Shown here in pieces: positions 40,405-50,271 of a stretch of DNA of 64,000 nt. Made by a program: the position numbers and the translations under genes. Source of the stretch: Candidatus Woesearchaeota archaeon (GTDB lineage: Archaea; Nanobdellota; Nanobdellia; SCGC-AAA011-G17; UBA489); the NCBI GenBank assembly GCA_018655015.1, contig JABIKK010000009.1, positions 751 to 64,750 on the forward strand. Reading direction: 5' to 3'. Positions within the stretch are counted from its first letter, which is position 1. Each line of letters starts with the position of its first letter. The notes beneath the pieces are model-generated. The model had not been told where the DNA came from and did no database searches. It worked only from the letters and a program-made list of their open reading frames with translations.

Positions 40405-41259
40405 ATGAAATTTTCAGAAGAAAAAATTAAAAAATTAGTTTGGGATAATTTAAAATGTAATGTTGATCAAATTGTAGATAGTTCTAAGGGTGAAGATCAA
40501 TTAGTAAAAATTGTTAATACTGATAAGGGTAAATTTGTTGTAAAATTTCCAAAAGATAAAGAAATGGTTAATAGGCAGATCTTTGCAAATAATAAACTGG
40601 AAGGGAAAATACCAATTGCTAAGATAATGTATCATACTGAAGACTGTATTCTTGAAACATTTCTTCCTGGAAAGGAATTATCAAGAGTTAAGCTGAATAA
40701 AGTTGAATCATCTAAAATATTTTTGCAGTTGGGAGAAATCTTAGCAAAAGTACACCAAATTAATCTTAAAGGGGTGGGCTTTATTGAAAACCAACAAGGG
40801 AAATATAATTCTATGAAAGAGTTTATCGATGAATATTGGCTTAAAGATAGGCTTAAAGATCTTTTAAAATATAAAACTGTTACAAAAAAAGAGATGATTT
40901 TAATTGAAGAGTATTTGTGTAAACATGAATATCTTCAAAAAACCGAAGAATTTTGCTTGTTACACTTTGACTACATAGATAGTAACATCAAGGTGGATAA
41001 AGGGAATGTTTCGGGAATATTTGATTTTGCAGATATAATCTCTGGACCAAGAGAATTTGATTTTTCTAGATTATATATTGCCCATCATGGTGACATGTTT
41101 GATCTTATTCTAAAAGGATATTCTCAAAAATTAGATATAAACAAAATAAGATATTATTCTGCATTAACTTTAATGAGGCTGTTACCTTATCTTGAGGACT
41201 TAGATTTGAAACAGTACAAAAAAGGGTTAAAACTTATGTGGGACATTGTAGGGAATTAA
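40405..41259 (+). CDS. Aminoglycoside phosphotransferase-family protein
   Basis: KFVVKF, LAKVH, LLHFDYIDSNI, IFDFAD...GPREFD; GGTGA RBS. Confidence 0.85.
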   Translation: MKFSEEKIKKLVWDNLKCNVDQIVDSSKGEDQLVKIVNTDKGKFVVKFPKDKEMVNRQIFANNKLEGKIPIAKIMYHTEDCILETFLPGKELSRVKLNKVESSKIFLQLGEILAKVHQINLKGVGFIENQQGKYNSMKEFIDEYWLKDRLKDLLKYKTVTKKEMILIEEYLCKHEYLQKTEEFCLLHFDYIDSNIKVDKGNVSGIFDFADIISGPREFDFSRLYIAHHGDMFDLILKGYSQKLDINKIRYYSALTLMRLLPYLEDLDLKQYKKGLKLMWDIVGN

Positions 41260-41263
41260 AGAG

Positions 41264-41298
41264 TGCGGCGGCCGTGAAGGCTTAGTTAGTTCTAATGC
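41264..41298. repeat. Left attachment-like site
   Basis: TGCGGCGGCCG-tgaaggc-TTAGTTAGTTCTAATGC; 30/35 identical to 53505-53539. Confidence 0.85.
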
Positions 41299-41343
41299 GC
41301 TAGTGCCTATTTGTTAGTTGGTAAAAGAAGTATTTAATTCTTT

Positions 41344-42171
41344 TTAATTGGTCTTTACGGCATAATCTGTGTTCCACCAATCTGTATTGTAATTTAACGG
41401 AATAATCTTTGCTTCTTTATGCTTATACTGTTCTGGTACCTCTCCAATTTTCCAATTCTTGCCAGTCGTTTCTACATAAAAATATGTTGAACCATTATAT
41501 TCAAATTTCAAAGGGTTTTGTGCAAAAATAGCCTCTGTCCCTGTCTGCTCAAACCAACTTTCAGGTAACCCTAAGTCTGTTAATTTTATTGGGTCAACGG
41601 CAATAGCTATATGGTCGTCATATCGAAGTAATATTGTTTTAAAGCCCAGTGTACCTAACAAACTTGCCATCAGGTAGCTTGTATCTTCACAATCTCCGTT
41701 TTGCTCCACCAACGTCTCTACGGGATATTTGGGATAGTCATCAAAGTTTAGTTTGGCATCTTCTATGTAACTAACCTGTTCAACGAACCTCATAACTTTT
41801 TTTACTTCTCTTGCATCATATGTTCTTACAAAAAACATGTCTTCTAATATAACCTGCATTGACGGGTCCGATATGGTGACATATTCTCCTCCATGCTCTA
41901 CCCTTGGTTTATTTCTATAATAATCATATATATCTAAATCGATAGGTATTTCTTTTTCATTAAATATCTTGATTATTTTTCTGCCATCTCCAAAGGGATG
42001 CTCATCTAATTTGTCTGGGATGGTGTCATTATCTGAGTCCATATCTTGTAGTTTTGAATTAAAAATATTTTCTATAACATCCCCATTATTAATATACACA
42101 AAAGATATTATAATTATTAAACCTATTGTAATCAATAACCAATTTCCAACATTATTAGTTTCTTTTTTCAT
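41344..42171 (-). CDS. Membrane-anchored transglutaminase-like Cys protease-fold protein
   Basis: TM segment; DSDNDTIPDKLD Ca-binding-like repeat; YPKYPVETL..GDCEDTS, HIAIAV, YVETT. Confidence 0.8.
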   Translation of the reverse strand: MKKETNNVGNWLLITIGLIIIISFVYINNGDVIENIFNSKLQDMDSDNDTIPDKLDEHPFGDGRKIIKIFNEKEIPIDLDIYDYYRNKPRVEHGGEYVTISDPSMQVILEDMFFVRTYDAREVKKVMRFVEQVSYIEDAKLNFDDYPKYPVETLVEQNGDCEDTSYLMASLLGTLGFKTILLRYDDHIAIAVDPIKLTDLGLPESWFEQTGTEAIFAQNPLKFEYNGSTYFYVETTGKNWKIGEVPEQYKHKEAKIIPLNYNTDWWNTDYAVKTN

Positions 42172-43193
42172 TATTCACAGTATGGGTCTTCAGAACAATC
42201 AGAGTCTTCACAGTCCATTAGTTTATCTCCATCATTATCTTTGTAATCATTACAAATTTCTTGAAGCTCTTTGCACCACTCTTTTCTCGAGTATACTTGC
42301 TCGTCTCCTTCATCATAGAATACTTCACAAGTATACTCGTATACATCTATGCTTTTGAAGTTATAAATTTCAAATTGAATCGGTTTTGTTTTAACTTGCC
42401 AAGTTTGGTCGCATTCATCTGTCCTAGGAGGACAGCTAGGTATCAAATCTGTCCCTTCGTACATCTTTTCAAAATTTTCCGGAAGGTCTCCGCGAGATTT
42501 GTAAATTTCTATTTTAATATTAATATCTTCATTGAAATAAACTCCTTTTCTTAATAATGGATTTCCATATACTGGAATTTTCCATACAAATAATCCTTGG
42601 CCTTTTAGTAAAGGGTTGTATCCCAAACATTTTCCTTCAGTAATATAAAAAATTTCTTTTCCAATCTTTGTTTCTTTTGTACTAATATTTTCTTCACAAG
42701 AATCCACAAAATAATCTTCTAACCATAAATCCTCGATGTACTCTGGATAGAATGCTCCTCCCATGCCCATTCTTGGACCATAGTTTAGTAAATCTGCACC
42801 ATATTCCTTAAGATATTTTAATTGAATTGTTCTAAATTTTTCTTGCATTATATTAGCAGTGTAGTAATTATCTGCAGATATTTTGATTCTTACAAAAGGA
42901 TATTCTTCATTAATTCCTAATTTATCAAATTCTAAATAAATTCTATCTTCTACATCTTCAAAGCCATAATAATAAGAATTAAGATTTTTATTTTGTGCTG
43001 GAGTGACGTACTTAAGAATCATAGTTTCATTATAAACTAATATTTCTTCATCAGAAGTTTCTTTAGTTTCAATTTCTACATCCTCTGTTTCAACAATTAA
43101 TGGTTTTTCTTCTATTTTTGAAACCTCTTGAGAATTACATCCTACAAGTGTTAAAGATAGAATTATTAAAACTAAAACAGCTATTTTTCCCAT
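42171..43193 (-). CDS. Lipoprotein with C-terminal Cys/Asp-rich Ca-binding-like motif
   Basis: Lipobox LVGC; EICNDYKDNDGDKLMDCEDSDC. Confidence 0.75.
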   Translation of the reverse strand: MGKIAVLVLIILSLTLVGCNSQEVSKIEEKPLIVETEDVEIETKETSDEEILVYNETMILKYVTPAQNKNLNSYYYGFEDVEDRIYLEFDKLGINEEYPFVRIKISADNYYTANIMQEKFRTIQLKYLKEYGADLLNYGPRMGMGGAFYPEYIEDLWLEDYFVDSCEENISTKETKIGKEIFYITEGKCLGYNPLLKGQGLFVWKIPVYGNPLLRKGVYFNEDINIKIEIYKSRGDLPENFEKMYEGTDLIPSCPPRTDECDQTWQVKTKPIQFEIYNFKSIDVYEYTCEVFYDEGDEQVYSRKEWCKELQEICNDYKDNDGDKLMDCEDSDCSEDPYCE

Positions 43194-43290
43194 AGTTCTG
43201 CATCATTTTTGAGATATTTAATCTTTTCTAAAAAACCGACCCCCCTAAGAATTAAGAAAGGATTAAATATTCATTTTATCTCAGATATCT

Positions 43291-43776
43291 GTGAAATTAA
43301 TATGTTTTAATAAGTATTTTATCTTAATTGGCCTACTAACATTGGTTTTAGTTAATAATTCTTTAGCTAATGAAGAGATTTCACCAGATGACAATTTGTT
43401 CGAAAAAGAGAACAATTTTTTTCAAAGTATTTTTCATTGGTTTTTAGATTTATTTGAAAGTGAAACTGCCGTTGTTGATTCTGTTGAAAGTACGGATTCT
43501 CCAAAATTAGATGCTTTACATGTTATTGAAGAACAATCAAAAGAGGGAAAACCTAAACATGTTACTAATGAGACTTGTGATGGTTGCAAGATATTTGATA
43601 TAAACTGGACTAGACAAGAATGTTTTTCCGAGAATTTTATTTGTCCTGCAGATGTAAAAGGGAAGTCTCTTGGATGTATGCCTGCATTTCCCAATAGAGA
43701 TTATGCCAAGTTTTGTGTTGAACCCTGTCTGAGTTGGATTATAGAAACTTGCGGTTTTGAAGGTTATAATTCATAA
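43291..43776 (+). CDS. Secreted protein with C-terminal six-Cys domain
   Basis: Signal-like N-terminus; WTRQECF...CP...CMP...KFCVEPCLSWIIETC. Confidence 0.7.
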   Translation: MKLICFNKYFILIGLLTLVLVNNSLANEEISPDDNLFEKENNFFQSIFHWFLDLFESETAVVDSVESTDSPKLDALHVIEEQSKEGKPKHVTNETCDGCKIFDINWTRQECFSENFICPADVKGKSLGCMPAFPNRDYAKFCVEPCLSWIIETCGFEGYNS

Positions 43777-43807
43777 TGAAATTTAAAAGTACTGTTAAAT
43801 TATTGTT

Positions 43808-44263
43808 TTATTCTTGCCATTTCTTCCCATAGTATAATTCTTCACAAGGAATATTATCTCCGTCCCTATCTAAATGGTGCACGTCGTTTGTTACACCTCC
43901 GCACCCATCATATGTTTTTTTTGCTTCAGAATATGTACTAAAATCAGCACAATTGTATTTATTGTAGCTGCAAATAAGGCTGTCACTTTTAGGTTGTTCT
44001 ACTTCTCCCCCATATAATTCATTTCCTATTTCAGATTCTTTACTATATTCATAGGTAGGTGTGCTCTCACTCTTTTGTTGTTCTAATTCTTCTATCTTTT
44101 CCATTATCAATTTATTTTGTATTTCATGGTCCTCGCCATATTTTTCCTCAAGATACTTATCACTAAGAGAGGTGTAAAAATAACCAAATATCAATATTAC
44201 TATAAAAATTGCTATGTATGGATGTCTCTCAATGAAGTTGTTGTCTTTCATTGTTTCTTCCAA
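43808..44263 (-). CDS. Membrane-anchored excalibur-like Ca-binding protein
   Basis: YNCADFSTYSEAK...DVHHLDRDGDNIPCE. Confidence 0.8.
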   Translation of the reverse strand: MEETMKDNNFIERHPYIAIFIVILIFGYFYTSLSDKYLEEKYGEDHEIQNKLIMEKIEELEQQKSESTPTYEYSKESEIGNELYGGEVEQPKSDSLICSYNKYNCADFSTYSEAKKTYDGCGGVTNDVHHLDRDGDNIPCEELYYGKKWQE

Positions 44264-44547
44264 TAATCTTTAAAGATTAAAACTCCAAACACTAATTGCA
44301 TTACGCCATAAATATTCCAACTGCCGGACCCAAAAGCTGTATTTGATAATCCTACAACAAACATCATTGCACCCAATAAGAGATACATTCTTCTCTCTCT
44401 AATGTAAAGTGCCAAAGCACCAATAAATATTAGTAAATAGCCCCAGCTAGAACTTAAAAATCCACTAAGAAGTTGGTGAAGCAAGCCCATGATGATTAGT
44501 ATTGTTCCCCATAACTTCAAATCGTAACTTATTTCATCTTTTTTCAT
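44248..44547 (-). CDS. Small multi-pass membrane protein
   Basis: Four short hydrophobic helices. Confidence 0.65.
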   Translation of the reverse strand: MKKDEISYDLKLWGTILIIMGLLHQLLSGFLSSSWGYLLIFIGALALYIRERRMYLLLGAMMFVVGLSNTAFGSGSWNIYGVMQLVFGVLIFKDYWKKQ

Positions 44548-44549
44548 TT

Positions 44550-45338
44550 TTAATAAAAAGTTATACTATTTAATAAATCATCAAATTCGTAAACATAATC
44601 TACTAGTTCCGTTGTTGCTTCAAAAGACAAGAGTAAGGGCTTATCTAAGAATACTACATTTTTTGTATAATATATATCTCCATCTAAATAATATTTTAGT
44701 TCATTAACCACTGCCTCGTATCCGTTTGAAGTTTTAATTATTCTATTTTCTCTTTCTAAAATTTTTACACCTGCAACTTCTTCAATCATATCGAATCCTT
44801 TGTCTAACCCTTCCTGAAATTCTTGGATTCCGTCACGAACAGAATATTCTCCAAACAATTCTTCTGCATCAACAATCCAAATACTAACAGATTCATATCC
44901 TGCATCATCTGTAGCAAGGTAATAATAAGGAACACCGAGACCTCCAAATTTAACATCCTTAACAATATAATATCCTGGAGGTTCTTGGAAACTCATAATA
45001 TCCTCTAAATAAATTATATTATTTTCGCTAATCTCTTCAGTCATTTCAATTTTATGGAAAAATACATCGGCTTCATCTGCACATATATTGGGCATTTCGT
45101 CATCCCTTATACAACACATAACGCCTATTTTCTCTTTAGGCAGTTTACAGTCATTTGTATCAATTAACACATTTTTATCTTCAACAACCTCATATATATT
45201 ATCTACTCCAATAATATCAGATTCATAGGGCCCTCCAAAAAGAAATAGAACGTAAATTATCAAAAGGCCGAATCCTACTGCATAAAGTATATCTTTCAAA
45301 AAATTTCTTTTTTTTGGCATAATCTTATAGGATATCAT
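44550..45338 (-). CDS. Membrane-anchored extracellular protein (possibly PsbP-like C-terminal domain)
   Basis: TM segment, C...CC...C motif, SFQEPPGY...FDDLLNSITF. Confidence 0.6.
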   Translation of the reverse strand: MISYKIMPKKRNFLKDILYAVGFGLLIIYVLFLFGGPYESDIIGVDNIYEVVEDKNVLIDTNDCKLPKEKIGVMCCIRDDEMPNICADEADVFFHKIEMTEEISENNIIYLEDIMSFQEPPGYYIVKDVKFGGLGVPYYYLATDDAGYESVSIWIVDAEELFGEYSVRDGIQEFQEGLDKGFDMIEEVAGVKILERENRIIKTSNGYEAVVNELKYYLDGDIYYTKNVVFLDKPLLLSFEATTELVDYVYEFDDLLNSITFY

Positions 45339-45430
45339 GAATATATAAATCTATCAGAATCAATAAGGCACAATTAAGGTATAAGTTTGTGTTGTCTCAA
45401 AAAATTATTCAAATTACGGTATTGGCCAAG

Positions 45431-46573
45431 TTAAATAAACAAATCGAAATTTCTTTTTTTAGTTAAATCTTGGGGTAATGGCAGCCCTGGACATTCATTA
45501 AATAACTTAGTCATTTCTTTTTTTTCTTGTTCGGACATAGCACTCCATTTTTTTGGAGAAAGGACAAAGTTTTCACAGTACAATACTATTAAATTATTTA
45601 CTACAGTATTTACTTCTGCATCTGAAAATTCAGACATTTGTTTTGTGAATTCTTCCATTTTCGAATCATTACTCAAGTAAGAGAGTAAAATGTACGTTTT
45701 TCCATTTTGTGGGAAGATTGTAAAAATCATTGGCTGTGGAATGGATTTATAATCTTCTAAATTGTTAATCATCTTTCCTTTAAAATCGTATACTGGATAA
45801 AAACAAGAACTTACTGCAACAGAATAATCTCTGTCCAATATTACTAGTTTTGTTTTAATCCCTCCAAATTTGGAATTGATTAAACAATGGTCTAACTTTT
45901 CCTTTATTTTTCCTAAATCATTGAGGCCAACCTCATTACCCATTATCAAGTTATTAATTGAAGGATAATTGTTTCCTTTAATTTTTATGAACTCTTTCAT
46001 TTCAGATATGACACTTTTTTTTGCCATTATCTCTTTAGCTATTGACCTGTATGCGTACAAAAAACATTGTTCTTCATTCTTTGGTTCAAAATCTATTTGT
46101 TCTATAGGTAGGAATAATGCACTATCATGTTTTGAACAAAAACCCTTAAATGTAGTCGCCTTTCCCCTACCTACAAGTTCTGCACCACAGTTATTAATTT
46201 GAATAATATCTCCGTCTTCAGAAATTTTATTTAATATTTTGTTATTTTGTATGGAGTGTGCCTTAATTATTTTTTTATCACATTCATCTTTATTTGGGTG
46301 GAGACATTCTCTTGTATCGGATTTTCTTTTTAATTTTGTTGATAATTTGCTAAATTCAATCTTTCTGCTAATTACTTTTTTTTGCCTTGGAATTTTTACC
46401 TTGCCATTGATTATTTCTAACTTATGGACACTTATTAATTTTTTAACCCTAAATAATACTTTATCACTTAGCACTCCTGTTATTTCTTGCAGTTTTGCAC
46501 TTAATTCTTCAAGAGAAAATGAACTATCTTCTTCTCCTAATAAATTGAATATCTGGGGTTCCAATTTGGACAT
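45431..46573 (-). CDS. Hypothetical protein with N-terminal wHTH-like segment and HNH-like Cys/His domain
   Basis: CLHP...C...IIKAHSIQ...ATTFKGFCSKHDS.LF..IE, a motif set I recall from SEC-C-associated proteins. Confidence 0.65.
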   Translation of the reverse strand: MSKLEPQIFNLLGEEDSSFSLEELSAKLQEITGVLSDKVLFRVKKLISVHKLEIINGKVKIPRQKKVISRKIEFSKLSTKLKRKSDTRECLHPNKDECDKKIIKAHSIQNNKILNKISEDGDIIQINNCGAELVGRGKATTFKGFCSKHDSALFLPIEQIDFEPKNEEQCFLYAYRSIAKEIMAKKSVISEMKEFIKIKGNNYPSINNLIMGNEVGLNDLGKIKEKLDHCLINSKFGGIKTKLVILDRDYSVAVSSCFYPVYDFKGKMINNLEDYKSIPQPMIFTIFPQNGKTYILLSYLSNDSKMEEFTKQMSEFSDAEVNTVVNNLIVLYCENFVLSPKKWSAMSEQEKKEMTKLFNECPGLPLPQDLTKKRNFDLFI

Positions 46574-46617
46574 AATTTAAACCTACAAGTTAGTACTTAA
46601 AAATTAGCACGTAGTAC

Positions 46618-46857
46618 TTAATTCAAACTAATCAATAAGTAAGCTCTGCCATTCTTAGAACCTTCTTTTGTCTTTTCAATCTTAATTATTTTGAAGTATT
46701 CTAATTCTTCAGAGTGACGTTTTAGAGTATTATATCCTATATTCAGCTTTGTTTCTAATTTTCTTAATGAAATTGGACCCTTTTGAAGAGCATTTACTAT
46801 TTTTTTCTTAATTTCTAATCCAGAAGAGTATTTTTTCATGCTAACAATAGATAGCAA
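46618..46857 (-). CDS. Small winged-HTH (ArsR-like) regulator
   Basis: KIVNALQKGPISLRKLETKLNIGYNTLKRHSEELE...NGRAY. Confidence 0.8.
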   Translation of the reverse strand: MLSIVSMKKYSSGLEIKKKIVNALQKGPISLRKLETKLNIGYNTLKRHSEELEYFKIIKIEKTKEGSKNGRAYLLISLN

Positions 46858-46872
46858 GATTTATATATCTGG

Positions 46873-47211
46873 ATGCCAAGAATTGTTAGCATGGGTAAAA
46901 GAACAGGAGAATTCGTTTTAGGTATTTTGGGCGGTTTAATTGGAATCCCTTTTGGAATTTTTGCAATGGTAGTTGGAGGTATTGACTCAGTAATTGGTGG
47001 TGGCTCAACTATTATTGGTTTAGGGTTTGCAGCAATATTATTTTCTGTTTTAGGAATAATTGGCGGTGCTTTTGTTAAGAGTAAAAGAAAACTAGGCGGT
47101 TGGTTTATGACAATTGCTTCAATAGGAGGATTTATTAGTATAAGTTTATTCTATATTGTACCAGGTTTACTGTTGATAAGTGGTGGACTCTTGGCATTGT
47201 TAAGAAAATGA
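46873..47211 (+). CDS. DUF4064-like small membrane protein
   Basis: KRTGEFVLGILGG...SVLGIIG..VK.K.KLGG. Confidence 0.7.
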   Translation: MPRIVSMGKRTGEFVLGILGGLIGIPFGIFAMVVGGIDSVIGGGSTIIGLGFAAILFSVLGIIGGAFVKSKRKLGGWFMTIASIGGFISISLFYIVPGLLLISGGLLALLRK

Positions 47212-48014
47212 AGTTAAAACTAAGTTTAGGAATATTATTAATTAGTTTAATCTTTTTAGTTGGATGCTCTCCTAAGGAGTATGTTTGTTCAGATAGTTCT
47301 GTTGTTTCTTCTCCAGAAGAATGTGGAACTACTGAAGTACTTTCAGAAGACACAGGTTTAGCTAAACACTCTGCAATATTAATTATTGAAGACCCTTCAG
47401 ATTCAGAGTATTACACTCATGAACCTAGCTTATTTATTGAAAATACGGGTGATTCAGTAATTAAGATTTCATTAGATGTTAGTATCCTTGATGGAGATAA
47501 ACTTTTACAAAAGGACAATAATGTTCTGTTTTTGACAGGTAGCATCGATTCGATAGACTTGATTTATCCTGGTGAATCAGTTAGAGGTTACTTGAATTAT
47601 ATGGACGATAGGGAAACAAAGTACAATTGGAAACTCCAAGTAGATTTAAGGGATGGTTCCTCTGCAAAAATAATAACTAGTGACTATGCCTGCTTGAACC
47701 TTGGTTGTGAAGACATTAAGGAAGTTAAGCTTAAAGAGGTTGAAGAAGTTATTCCTTGGGAAGATTACCTTGAAGAGTGTACATCTAAATTAGCAAAAAC
47801 TACCTACCTATCAAATAAAAATTATTATATTGATGAATGTGAATCTGAATACTCTGTAAGGTTTAATTTACCTGAATATTGTGAGTTGGTTGATGATATG
47901 AGTAAAAGTCTTTACTGTTGGAAAAGACTTGCTGTTAACAATGGCAATGAAGACTTTTGTGATAATCTTCATGGTGCGGACAATCTAGAATGCATTAGAA
48001 ATGTTAATTATTAA
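47208..48014 (+). CDS. Cys-rich lipoprotein
   Basis: Lipobox LVGC; YVCSDSSVVSSPEEC; C-terminal C...C repeats. Confidence 0.75.
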   Translation: MKLKLSLGILLISLIFLVGCSPKEYVCSDSSVVSSPEECGTTEVLSEDTGLAKHSAILIIEDPSDSEYYTHEPSLFIENTGDSVIKISLDVSILDGDKLLQKDNNVLFLTGSIDSIDLIYPGESVRGYLNYMDDRETKYNWKLQVDLRDGSSAKIITSDYACLNLGCEDIKEVKLKEVEEVIPWEDYLEECTSKLAKTTYLSNKNYYIDECESEYSVRFNLPEYCELVDDMSKSLYCWKRLAVNNGNEDFCDNLHGADNLECIRNVNY

Positions 48015-48067
48015 GAAGATATTTCTTTCGTTACCTTAATAAGTAATAACGACGTAAGTTAAAATAT

Positions 48068-48313
48068 ATGGCGTCTTCAAGAAACCTAGTAAAGAAAGAG
48101 AAACTATTAATGCTCGAGCATGAATTCAGTAAAAGCCTTACATTTTTATTAATTGGCTTTGCATTTACCTTCGGATTAGCCACATTTGCATTAGAAGAAG
48201 GAATTATAAAATTCTTCACTGGCTTGATTTGTTTACTACTTGCATTCTCGGCAATCAAACCAAGTAGGAAAGTAATTTCTTCTGTCAATGAGCTAAAAAT
48301 GATGTATAAATGA
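48068..48313 (+). CDS. Small two-TM membrane protein
   Basis: 81 aa with two hydrophobic helices. Confidence 0.55.
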   Translation: MASSRNLVKKEKLLMLEHEFSKSLTFLLIGFAFTFGLATFALEEGIIKFFTGLICLLLAFSAIKPSRKVISSVNELKMMYK

Positions 48314-48360
48314 TATTTCAATAAAATGCCCATTAAGCAAGGATTAATGCACATTAAATC

Positions 48361-48424
48361 CTTTTTTTGTCTTAAACTATCTTACTTTTTGTGTTAGTAT
48401 GTGTTACTTTTTGTCTTACTTTTT
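48361..48424. repeat. Iteron-like imperfect direct repeats
   Basis: TTTTTGT(C/G)TTA three times at ~22 bp spacing; TTACTTTTT at 48382, 48404 and 48416; just downstream of the Rep-like gene. Confidence 0.6.
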
Positions 48425-48454
48425 ACCCATGCAAACTCTCTGAATTATACTAAC

Positions 48455-49276
48455 TTATTTCTTAGGGGATTCATACTTATTTACTTCATCTTTAAAGCGT
48501 TTTTTCTCCTTTTCTAGGTCTTCATACCCTACAAGGACCTCTATGTCTTCAAGAGAATTTTTAGGGGATTCAGCTTCAAGCTCGTATCTACCATGAGATT
48601 TATCTACAGCAATACCCCTATTTGAGTAATTATGTTTGTGCTTTACAATGTAAGACTCTGCTATTATTGAATCTAATATAGCAACATGCATGCAGGAATA
48701 CCTTGCAGGTTTGTAACTGTCTACCTTTAGTCCATTAAATTCAGATTTTAAAACTTGAATTATCTGTGTTATAAATTCAGTTATGGCCATCATGATTTCT
48801 TCATCATCGTTTCCATACACATCAGGTATTTTCACCACTGCCTTTTTCCCCCCATAAAACATAACTTTGCTTCCAAGTACTTCTGTTTTTAATCCGGAAT
48901 ACCTATTATTAGAAAAAGGAGTAAACATATAACCTTGAATGTCTTCAAAATTCTTTGGAAGTTTAGATAAATAAATTACAATTTGAATCTTGTGTGCTCT
49001 TAGTTTTACCCCTAAATCTTTATCCCATTGTTTCCAATATCGTAATATCCTCTTACATTTGTCTGTTAACTTGTTTTGTTTATCTATTAATCCCCATTCT
49101 CTTAATTTAGTAAAATGGTAGTTTAATGTAGTATTAGGCACTCCTAACTTATCTGATATGTCTGTTTGTTTGATTAATAATGATTCATCCATTGAATGGA
49201 TAGTCAATATAATCTTTAGTTTTGTTCCTTTGAGTGGAACCGTATAGTTACTAATAAATTTACTAATTTTTTTCAT
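48455..49276 (-). CDS. wHTH-containing putative replication/maintenance protein
   Basis: N-terminal wHTH (QTDISDKLGVPNTTLNYHFTKLREWGLID); LRAHKIQ, HVAI.D, VDKSHG..ELE; sits between an RHH gene and repeats. Confidence 0.5.
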   Translation of the reverse strand: MKKISKFISNYTVPLKGTKLKIILTIHSMDESLLIKQTDISDKLGVPNTTLNYHFTKLREWGLIDKQNKLTDKCKRILRYWKQWDKDLGVKLRAHKIQIVIYLSKLPKNFEDIQGYMFTPFSNNRYSGLKTEVLGSKVMFYGGKKAVVKIPDVYGNDDEEIMMAITEFITQIIQVLKSEFNGLKVDSYKPARYSCMHVAILDSIIAESYIVKHKHNYSNRGIAVDKSHGRYELEAESPKNSLEDIEVLVGYEDLEKEKKRFKDEVNKYESPKK

Positions 49277-49286
49277 CTTATTTAGT

Positions 49287-49430
49287 TCACCTATTCAAAA
49301 AATTCCTAATTATTTTTGAACGGCTTACTCCTTCACTTTTTGCTATCTCACCAACTTCGGAATAGAATGTCCTGTCAAGGAACACTACAACTCGTACTTT
49401 GTTTTTATTTGGCATAGCTCCAGCTATCAT
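49287..49430 (-). CDS. CopG-like ribbon-helix-helix protein (47 aa, not in ORF track)
   Basis: Own translation: MIAGAMPNKNKVRVVVFLDRTFYSEVGEIAKSEGVSRSKIIRNFLNR; alternative start at 49415. Confidence 0.8.
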   Translation of the reverse strand: MIAGAMPNKNKVRVVVFLDRTFYSEVGEIAKSEGVSRSKIIRNFLNR

Positions 49431-49468
49431 TGTTGGTACACTAAATCATTTAAAGAAAAAAAATTCAA

Positions 49469-49678
49469 CTAGTTGTTACACTTGTTTCCTTTTTCTTTAT
49501 TTTTTATTGTCTTTAGTTCCTCCTTCAAATTATTCCAAAATTGTGATAGTGATGGGTTAGGTTGTTCGATGGTTTGTTTTTCCTTCTTTACAGAGTCAGA
49601 TAATGTCATAGAAACTCTAAATCGAAAGGATTTTAAGTTAATTACTTCCCACATATTTTGTGACATTTTTAACTCCAA
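49469..49678 (-). CDS. Small hypothetical protein
   Basis: 69 aa ORF co-oriented with the RHH/Rep-like genes; start uncertain. Confidence 0.4.
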   Translation of the reverse strand: MELKMSQNMWEVINLKSFRFRVSMTLSDSVKKEKQTIEQPNPSLSQFWNNLKEELKTIKNKEKGNKCNN

Positions 49679-50268
49679 AAGAGATACAATACCTCCAAAA
49701 GAAGCATAAGAAGGGAGAATACAGAAGAAGGATTGCTGCCAAGTGGATGAAGCTTTGTTCTAGTAAAAATGCCTTTTTGGATTTTTCATGGTTTTTATCC
49801 AGTTATTCTGTTTTGAAAATAGGTGAAAAACTAAAAGTTAGAAAGATGGTTTATGATTTATTTCACGAACCTTATTTTTATTCTCAACTATGGAACGATA
49901 TGCCTCTTAATGATAAATCCCACATCACTAAAATGTTGTATTGGAGTTGTAATGAGGGATGTAGAAAATCTATCATGGAGTCATTACAATCATCTACTTC
50001 TAAACCTGAAATTTCAAAAGGAGATTTGAAGAAAAGAAATATTTATCTTAAGAACGTTGATAAGATTACTGATTACTTAATTGACAATAGAATTGATGAA
50101 TATGTTATTGCAGATAATATCTTGGAAGAAATGGTTAATAACCTCTGTAAGAACAATTACAAATTTATTAAAATTTGTGATATAAGGAATGAATTCCTCA
50201 AGATAAAACAAAAATGTGTAGCAAAAGGAAAGTTTAAGAAAAATATTGGAAGGCCTGCTAAAAAATAA
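49660..50268 (+). CDS. Hypothetical basic protein (possible regulator)
   Basis: 202 aa, divergent from the RHH/Rep-like module, C-terminal GRPAKK. Confidence 0.6.
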   Translation: MTFLTPKEIQYLQKKHKKGEYRRRIAAKWMKLCSSKNAFLDFSWFLSSYSVLKIGEKLKVRKMVYDLFHEPYFYSQLWNDMPLNDKSHITKMLYWSCNEGCRKSIMESLQSSTSKPEISKGDLKKRNIYLKNVDKITDYLIDNRIDEYVIADNILEEMVNNLCKNNYKFIKICDIRNEFLKIKQKCVAKGKFKKNIGRPAKK

Positions 50269-50271
50269 ATT

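Noticed and set aside
48361-48424. CRISPR array
   Set aside because: Repeats are ~11 bp with ~11 bp gaps, too short for CRISPR, and no cas genes are visible.
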